Shown here: in pieces, positions 49,163 through 57,670 of the stretch
Layout: each line of letters starts with the position of its first letter
How positions within the stretch are numbered: the first letter of the stretch is position 1
NCBI GenBank assembly: GCA_021432655.1
Contig: MU271286.1
Location: 49,213 to 106,882, forward strand
Source: Atractiella rhizophila
Lineage: Eukaryota
Reading direction: 5' to 3'
Length of the DNA stretch: 57,670 bases
Program-made: the position numbers and the translations under genes
Notes under the pieces: model-generated
Databases searched by the model: none
Seen by the model: the letters and a program-made list of their open reading frames with translations, nothing else
Told to the model about the DNA's origin: nothing

Positions 49163-51822
49163 GGCGTAGGAATAAAAGGCGTTCGTGAGTTAGTGAGTCT
49201 AGAACTTGCAGAAAGGGTTCAATGTCAGGTGTTAAAAAGGCTGCCAACGTTCAACGAGAGTCACATGGCAGAGAACAGGGCGTTCACATCTCCTACCAGT
49301 TCAAGAAGCTTTAATAAGGCGGTCGAAAACATAATTTCTCTGCAAAGAGGCCTCATACCGTCACAGTGTGACATGACAGCTTCTATCCTAGAGTTGTCAT
49401 TGCGCACGAGTCATTCAGCACCATCAAAATGCCTCAGTTGCTTCTGAATTTGATGTTGTTGTAGACATGCGCCTACAAGTGCTGACAAGGGGAGCGAATG
49501 ATATTCGTATACATGTCTCATAAAAAGCCTTATGACATCTCCACCTCATTTCCTAATTCTCCAAATAAGCAGTGCTGAACTGGCCAAACACCAGCAAGAA
49601 TGGACACTCGCGCTCTGGGCATGAGAGTGCCAACATTTGAACTATGTTGGGCCTTGCAGAATTTGAAGACGCGAAAAGAATGAATTCGTATAATGCATAC
49701 TTTATTTTGCTCTCAGGCATTCCCAGTTTCGCTGAAAGACACGCAAATGCAGAATAGATTTCGACAGCCCAAGTAGAGAGCTTACCGGAGGATCCAGATT
49801 CAAACCAATATACTCAAACCTGAATAAAAGCGAAGGTGAAGCACTGCAGGCTGAAGGCTGAAAGCCCTACCTCGGAAAATGGCCCGGCCCCGTAGGGCGC
49901 TGGATGAAGAACTACAAACTCATGCTCCTTGATTGTTCGAGATAAAACCAAGAGGAAATATAGAGGTCTGTGTCTTGAATTATTTGCATAATTTTCGTTA
50001 TGCAAAGACATAATCAAATTTGTTGAGGCTACTCTTGACCCACTGCATTGCTATTCACGGACCAGTTGCTTCAAGCGCTGCTGGCAGGAACCATGAGTTG
50101 TGTTGGTGCCTTAGCCCTGACCTGGGAAAAGATTATTGGGAATAGGCATGCAATCCTATAGAGTAGGATCTGTTTATTCAAATTATGAAAGTAATACATT
50201 TATTTACTTGAAAATGCTAAGACACTTCCGAGTACCTTACGAACAACTATTATGTTCGAGATTAAGTATCTCAATGATAGTCGAAAGAGAGAGTCAACCG
50301 TATTAATGATCTCGTCGCCAAAGATTAACCATCTTTCAAGTGTTGAGGAGCATACCATTGAATAATCACGGCAGACAACAAGTTGGCAGTAGAAAGAGTC
50401 GATCTTGGGGACAACAAGTGTCAACATTGATGGTCAGATGTCGATGACGAGGAATTCGTTCGTGCCAGTAATTCTCCCTATCGAAGGTGCGTCTTCAATG
50501 TCTTTGGTTGCGGTCGACAGCTAATCTTCTGTTCTAGCCAAGTCGCCCGTCATCTGGTGGGGAAGCCTTTGCGGCTAGATCCGAAGAACACTCCTACCTA
50601 TGCAGAAACCGATAGATCAGCTTGAAGAGACGAATTGAATAGCAGTCTATCCATATTCCATGCAGGAGAGTGAAGAGACGAGAACGAACCGAACGACTCC
50701 CAATTGGTGTATGGAACCCTGAGGAGCTGCTCATGCACACGAGAGTGCAGCTGAAACAAACGCAGCTAGGCGTTTTCTCTGCTATCCTGCATGCATGCGC
50801 AGTGGATGGTAAGCGGAAGAGAGGAGGATGCCGCGGTGCGACCCTAGAAGTGCGAAAGAGGGAATAGTTGCTCCGCCTGCGCTCGTTCACAATGCAGCAT
50901 TGCATGACATCCTATTTAGCTCTGGCTCTGTGATTCTCCATCACTCTATTATTACAGACAGGCCACCAATAAAGAGTCACGCCGATGTGGATAGAGTCAC
51001 AAAATGGTATTCGCATTGTGCAACCTCAGTCTTTAGTGACCGCAACCGCATGCGACAAGTGCTTCTGAGGCAAAGGGCTAGAAGTAGGGGAGCTCCCGCC
51101 ACCTTTGTTCGAGGATTCATCGGCATCGGCCTAAAGGTTTAGAATAAGTCTTGAAAGCGCCAACTATTCTTTCAATCTTGCCCTCCCCGCTTTCAGATCG
51201 GTCCGCTATCTTTGGTCGAAATCATATAGTCGTGAGCGACCCTTGACTACATTGCCTGTAGCTTCAGTTGCTCATCCGTTTCGATTTGGCAAGCCGGGCT
51301 GCGATGGATCTTCGACCCCAGATTGACGTCTTGCAAAAAAGTTTTGCCTCACCTTTAGCTTTGTTTGCTGGAACGTCGGGGTGGCTTCCAAGCAAGGACT
51401 TGCCTCTGACAGGATGGGATTCATTCCAATCCTCCGACATTCTAGCGGCGTTCGTTGCTCTGATCGCAGACTTTGAGTGTCTCGACTAGCGATGCCTCGA
51501 AGGTGATGCATTGATGGGCTGAGTGACAGGCTTCGTAATATATTGTGGCCAACGAGAAATGATAGCTCTTGGATAGCTCAAGAATGCTGCACGACCTGCA
51601 CAACCGTCGCCAAGAGCCCGGATTGCGGACGATCAAGAACGATTGAGCCACATCTTGATTTTCTCAATTCAATGATCGAGCCCAATTTTACGTGGACGTT
51701 CCCGCTTCCCAGGCTTGCCACTCACACCAACAAAATGATTGGCAGCCCTATAAAAGGGCTTTGCCCCAGCTTCCCCATTCCTTCTCAGCTGTCACCGTCA
51801 CAGAAATCAAACAAGAAAGAGA

Positions 51823-53819
51823 ATGGACCAACTCGCCGAACTTCGAAGGATCTTCAACGACTCGCTCGATGTCATCCAGTCCGAATTGAAGGAGTCTAAC
51901 CTCCCACCATTCTCACTCGATCCAACGCCACATCCCCTCGATGACCCTGCTAACCTTCCCAGCCCGAGGTTGTACGAGGCGAGAAGGGTGGCAATGGGCA
52001 GTTTAGGGATGATCAAGGTAAGTTTCCTGCAAGTCTGCGGCCGTTACGAGGATATGTCGCTGTGGCTATCTTTCTGACGTGTTCCGTGCTACTTTACTGA
52101 TGCAATTGTTCATGAAACAGGCCATGATATCCCCTTTGGCGATGACGATGCTCGAAGGCTCCTTGCAGGTTGGGATTCTTTCATTTTCGGGAGAAAAGTT
52201 TAATAAGCTTCCTTCCAGTGCTTGGACCAAGCGGCCTTGCGTGTTGCGACTGAATGCAAAATCTCCAATATCCTTCTTTCCTCACCGTCTGGGATGCATA
52301 TCAGTGAAATAGTGAAAAAGGTCGAACCCGGACGGGCCGTAAACGCGCAAAAGCTGGGTGCGTCTCTTTTCTACCTCTCTGCTTCTCCTTCTCTTCTTAG
52401 ACATCGGACTAACGAGTTGATGGGGAATAGCGAGGTGCTTGAGAATGCTCTGTGCGACACATTGGTATCAAGAACCAGAAGAGAATGTATTTGCCAACAC
52501 AAGACTGAGCTTGTTGCTCGTCTATCCAAAAGTTAGTTGGTATTGGTGCCAATCTTTGTTTGTCGTTTCTATCTCCTCCTCCCTTTGTTTTTCTCATGGC
52601 TGTGCAGGGGATATCAAGATGCACGTGCTGGTGCAATGTTGCCTGAGGTGATTCTCGATCCTAAACATAGGGACAGCGAGCATCCATCTTCTGGTTCGTC
52701 TTCCTCATTGTTGCATGTAAGGAACTGAAATCGTGTTGTTCAGCTCCGATCCTCGCTGCGCACAATACGGACCAGTGGTTCTTCCCTTACCTTCGTTCGT
52801 GGCACTATTCTCGTCGGTTATTTACTGAAGAGATGACATAGAGACGAAGCCGGACGAGATGTCCAATTTTGCAAAAGCCATGTCAGGCTATGGCACTACC
52901 AGTTTGGAGGGTTGTTTGGCTGACTTCCCTTGGGAGACGCTTGGAAAGGTGAATCGGAATCATTTTTTCCTCCCGGCCCACAAAATGCTGACTTCTGTCT
53001 CGTGATAAGGCTACGATCGTGGATGTTGGTGGAGGGCGTGGTGGATTCACGTTGCCGTTGTTGGAGAAGTATAAGGACCTGAACCTTGTGCTGCAGGACA
53101 GGGAGGAGGTGGTTGAAGAAGCAAAAACTTACTTCAAGGAAGCGTTGGTACGTCTTAAATTGACTCCTTAAACTGGTCCTAATGGTCAATCAACGTGTCG
53201 TAGCCACAAGCAGTAGATAATCGCGTAAAGTTCATGGCTCACGATTTCTTCACCCCACAACCCGTTACCGGAGAAAACCATCATTATTTCATGCGCTGGA
53301 TCATACACGATTGGAGCGATGAGTTTGCGATTAAGATATTGAAGGGTATCAGCGACGTGATGCATCCTAAATCAAAGAGTGCGGTCTCCCTTCTTCGATC
53401 TCACTAGCATTCGTCGTTTATGGGCGTTCGCAGTTTTCCTCTGCGAGGGCATAATCCAGCCAGCCCATTTGACCGCAGGAGCAGGAGCAAAATCCGAAAA
53501 GACAGCGAAGGACCAGTTGATGGCTATCGACAATTCGAAGGCTTATCAACCCATCCAGACGTTAAATGCTTTGCCAACAACGACTCTAGCGACGAGAGGC
53601 TTGTTGGAAGTCGACAGTAGGTCCCCTCTACGTTGTGAAACATGGATGCTGACGGAGCCGCGGGTGCTTGTGTAACCAGTGATCATGATGGCCCTTGTGA
53701 ACTCGACGGAAAGGACGGAGGGAGAGTTCAGGAACATATTGAAGAAGAGTGGGTTGAAGTTGGACAAGGTCCATCCCACCAGAGGAATCCATTGGATTTT
53801 GGAGATTTCGAAAGAGTAG
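51823..53819 (+). CDS. SAM-dependent O-methyltransferase (fungal Methyltransf_2 type)
   Basis: IVDVGGGRGGF, VLQDREEVV, HDFFTPQP, YFMRWIIHDWSD and MMALVNSTERT. Stop TAG ends at 53819. Confidence 0.9.
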
Positions 53820-53983
53820 ACTGTCGGTTGGCCCTTTCACTGTCACTTATCGCCAGCTGAATTTGGCGCGATGAACTTTTTGTTCTGAATGTATTGAAAT
53901 TATACAACGCGTAACACCCTGTACCGGTCAATCAAGAGGACATGAAGCACAAAAACGCGTTTTTGTGGGTATAAATGAAGGGA

Positions 53984-56032
53984 TTACTCCTTCCACGCTT
54001 CAACCCTCTGCTTCCCTTTCTTTCCCTTCCCTCTACTGAACTCCTTGAGCTTCAATCCGCCAGTGCCACCTTGTTGATCCTCTAAATCATCCTCCTCCAA
54101 ATCTTCACCATTCGCCGCTCGTTTCTCCTCTGCATCCTTAGATGATGCTTTGAGATCAGCTAAAGGCTCTTCTTCTAACGTTGGTGGTACTGAGGTTGTA
54201 TCATCAACAATAGGTTCCCCCAAAGGCACTGTCGTAGACTGCATGGAGGACTGGTCTTCATTCTTCTCTAGCTTTTCAAACAGGGTGGATCCTTCTTCTC
54301 CCTCGATCGGCACTGACATGTTTCCAGAGTGTTCAATGTCAAGCGTGTGATCCTCATCTGCCTTCTCCTTCTCGTGAAGGAAAGACGGCACTTCCTTCCC
54401 CTCGAATAGTTCGGGATAGACTAGTCTCAACACTTCGACCGCATGCTCCACCTCCTCAGCACCAGGCACTTCTTTCGTCTCCGCGTTGGTATCGCGCATT
54501 TCGGCTGGGAGAGAGGGCGGAGCGTCATCTGTCGCTTCACGGGGTTTCGAAGCTGGGAGGGGTCGTGCTGGCTTCAGTTGTTCCTCGGTGTCATCGTCGG
54601 GTGCTTTTTCCTCAGTTTGATCAGTGGACGCGAAATCCTCCTTATCCCCAGCTGCTTTCCAAATATCCCAAACCGCCTCGCCCTTCTCCACCTGAAGCTT
54701 TCTCTCTTTCTCCTTCTGCTCCTTCAACATTTCTTCATGCTTCTTCTTCTCCCTCTCCAACAATACCTTGCCCTTGTTGATCCAAAACTGCAAACTCTCC
54801 TCCTCACTCAATCCGTCCGGCTCCTTCACCTCTTCGAACTTGACGGGAAAAATGACCTCCTCGTGGGTCACGTACCGTTCTGGTTGACGGAAGGGATCCA
54901 CGAACTTGTCGCCCCCCTTTTCTTCCGGGTCTTCATGTCGGAGGTGCAGCGGCGAAGGGTCGCTGTCCACTTGAATATGTTCGACCTGAGGGTCGGAGTC
55001 TAGCGATTGTTGTGGGTTATCAGTTTGAGCATTGAATATGAACTGGTCCGACAAGTCGTCGAGTGTTATGTACTCTTCTTCTTCTTCTTCTTCCTCGTAC
55101 CGGCTAATAGGAATCTCGTCATCTTCCCATACCTCCGTACCGTCTGAGGCAACGCAGGAACCGAGATCGCCCTCTGCGGTGGAGGAGCACTTAAAATCTG
55201 TCAACAGTATTATGAGCTCGCAGTTCCTTTCTAGTTTCTGCACTAAAGCAACAATGGCCGAGACACCAAGAGGCGATGGCGATTGTTATCAAACAGCGAC
55301 AGAAATTCTCGAAGTTGCGCTTTCATACGCGGCAGTACCATCTTTCGAAGTCTTAGAACTTTAGAAAGACTTTTCGTATTTTCTGCCTGTTAAAATACCG
55401 TCGGTACAGCTTAATCATCAATAAATCGGCTGCTTGTAGCCCTACAAATGATACCAACTGCCAGTTGAACATGCAAGGAGAAGGAGGGAGGAGAGACGAA
55501 CGAGGGGTGAAGCATGCATAGTCCCAAAAAGGCATCACGTCCCTCCTCGTATACTTTCTCTTTGTGTTACACAGCGCCGAATGTCCGCCACAGATGCCGT
55601 TTCCGCACCACCCTATAGCAGGTCAGCACAGGGGTGCATAGCTAAGAGATGAGGACGAACCGAAACATTCATCGTCAGACTGGCACTTTGCGCCGCTGTT
55701 TCAGCGTAACACTTTCAGTAGACGGCGTCAAGTTCGTGAAGGACAGCTTACTTGTCCATGCAGCTAGCCACGAGCACCAAAGATGAGAAAAGGAGACGCA
55801 AAGACAATAAACGTACAATCCGTTTGGCGCGCAGAAACCGGTCACTCTCTCCGCTGGAGGCTGGCCGAAGGGTATGTATTCGTATGAGCAGGGTTCTCCT
55901 GGAGTTTTACATCTCGTCCCTGATCATTCAAATGTTTAATAATGGTTATAAGAGGGAGACAATGATACCTGGGGAATATTGAAATGCAAGTGTCTGAACA
56001 TGAAGTAGTGACAGCAAAAGGAAGGTCAGCAT
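53984..56032 (-). CDS. Putative secreted protein: signal peptide, Cys-rich domain and long acidic region
   Basis: MLTFLLLSLLHVQTLA, then spliced RCKTPGEPC...GFCAPNGFCMDNGAKCQSDDECFGWCGNGICGGHSALC, then a roughly 400-aa Glu/Asp-rich exon. The joins between 55200 and 55520 are unresolved. Confidence 0.6.
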
Positions 56033-56319
56033 AATGAGCGGTTGGGTTAGTATCAGAGGTATAACAGGAACAGCCTTCAATGAAGGCTCTTGCACACGTA
56101 TAAATGGCAGGCAGCAAGGCCGAGAAAGAATAATAATGCTATAAGCACGTAATGTCGGCAACTGCTTCTTATGGAAGTTACTTTGAAAGCGGAATTGCTC
56201 ACTTTCTGTTGTAGATTGCAAAGCAAGCTGTACATCATCCCTCTTTCCTTGTTTTCTCCAACGCTCTGAGTCGATGAGAAGTGGCCATTTACACGGTCAC
56301 AGACTCAATTGGAGGCAGC

Positions 56320-57670
56320 ATGAATCAATCAGAGTATAAATCCAATGGATATTCCAAAGCAGGCGTTGAAGAGGCTGGAAAGGGCACAAAAGCTGCTGCT
56401 TCTGAAGTGCTCCTCGACCGTTGCATTGCCAAAATCTTGGAAAGCGTCGATGAGGACGCGTCTTCTTCATCGAGTCCGTGCTTTCATTAATTCGAGCCAA
56501 ATCACATTCTGAGTCCAGAATGTATGTTGTTACAGCCGAACAGAAAGTGTACAGTCGTGCTGTCAATTTCCTCCTCCGTCAAATATCCACGTCGCTCTCC
56601 ATCCCGATCAAGAACGATAGCCTCACGAAGCACACAACACAGCTCGCCGCGCTCTTCTCTCTGGCCGACTCAGAGATACTCTCGTACCCGTACAAAGATG
56701 TCCCCACCTACTGGAGACGCATCTACACCGACATATCCCTCCTCTCCGTCTTATGTCTCCTTCTCCAGCGATCGAACGCGGATGTGCTAGAGGAGGACGA
56801 GGCGCTGGAAGCAGTACGGAAGTTAGATATGGCCCTCATAGTGTCCGGCGCACCGGGAAGGAGGGAGGAAGTGCTGGATCTCATCGCTCATGTTCAGTTC
56901 CTCTTCCCCCCTTCTTCCTCTAATGACAACGATTACACCGATAAGGAACATGGAGCGGAACGCCCAACTAAACGACCGCGTCTTGCATACCCTGCTCCGA
57001 CCTCTCCTCCCGCTCCTCCTTCGTCCTCTCTTAAGCCCATCCCTCGCACAGACCCACCATCTCTTTCTCACTTCCACTCTCCCCATCCTACACCGCTCAT
57101 TCTCTCCTCCTACGTCGCCGACTGGCCTGCCGTGCAGTCTTGGGCATCAAAAGACTACCTCCTCAGGACGGCGGGACGAGGACGAGTGGTACCGGTGGAA
57201 ATAGGCGGGGATTATACGCGAGACGGATGGGGACAGAAGATCATTCCCTGGGAAAATTTCCTGTCTTCTTGTCCTTCCCCTAACTCCAAAAACGGAAAGG
57301 GAGAGGAAGAGAATGGGGAGATAATGTATCTTGCACAGCACGACCTCTTTTCCCAGTTCCCAGCCCTGTTGAACGACATCATTCTCCCTGATTACCTGTA
57401 TTCTGCTCCTCCTGAAGGCGTGAACGAAGATCATCCGAGTTATAGGAGCCCAACAAACGAGGACGGATACGTGCTGAATTGTTGGATTGGTGGAGGAGGG
57501 AACAAGAGTCCAGCACATACAGATCCTTGGTGGAACTGTTACGGTTTGTCTCTCGCTCTAGCAACATCTTCCCACTTAATACTCGTTCCCGTCCAGCTCA
57601 AGTGGTGGGAAAGAAAAAGGTGTGGATCGCTCCTCCAACTCTGAAAGAAGAAATGTACCCCTTCACCTCT
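56320..57670 (+). CDS. JmjC/cupin-8 domain protein (JMJD5/KDM8-like), 3'-partial
   Basis: WRRIYTD, LDMALIVSGAPG, WPAVQSW, GRVVPVEIGGDYT, YLAQHDLFSQFPAL, NCWIG and the Fe-binding HxD in SPAHTDP, then AQVVGKK. Confidence 0.92.

Noticed and set aside
51823..53819. O-methyltransferase as part of a secondary-metabolite cluster
   Set aside because: There is no PKS, NRPS, terpene synthase, P450 or cluster transcription factor in the window.

Overview
Gene-dense, intron-rich fungal DNA with short GT-AG introns and CTRAY-type branch points. It is most likely a basidiomycete; Pucciniomycotina is a guess. About 21 genes can be supported: a partial Ser/Pro-rich protein, two tandem YAT amino-acid permeases, NMNAT, a secreted single-pass membrane protein, an LYC1-like GNAT acetyltransferase, PRI2, CDC123, a Rab4-like GTPase, SET9, a GTPBP1-like GTPase, ALG8, a DUF6534-type membrane protein, RPL22, ATM1, a CLC transporter, an atypical kinase-like protein, a hypothetical protein, an O-methyltransferase, a Cys-rich/acidic secreted protein and a partial JmjC protein. 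The first 19 kb is a duplication hotspot. It holds two head-to-tail partial duplications (about 1.97 kb and 1.4 kb), an older GNAT 3' relic and the older permease gene pair. Both recent duplications break inside an intron just upstream of the branch point, leaving spliceable duplicate terminal exons. Other signals not shown by the ORF track: a 1344-bp non-autonomous CACTA/CMC-like element (31-bp TIRs, TAT target duplication, palindromic subterminal repeats) just upstream of RPL22, and a recurring quasi-palindrome CTACAT(CC/GG)ATGTAG. No rRNA, tRNA, CRISPR array or secondary-metabolite cluster is evident, and I cannot establish a new biological system. All exon boundaries, counts and family assignments were made by eye, without database searches.
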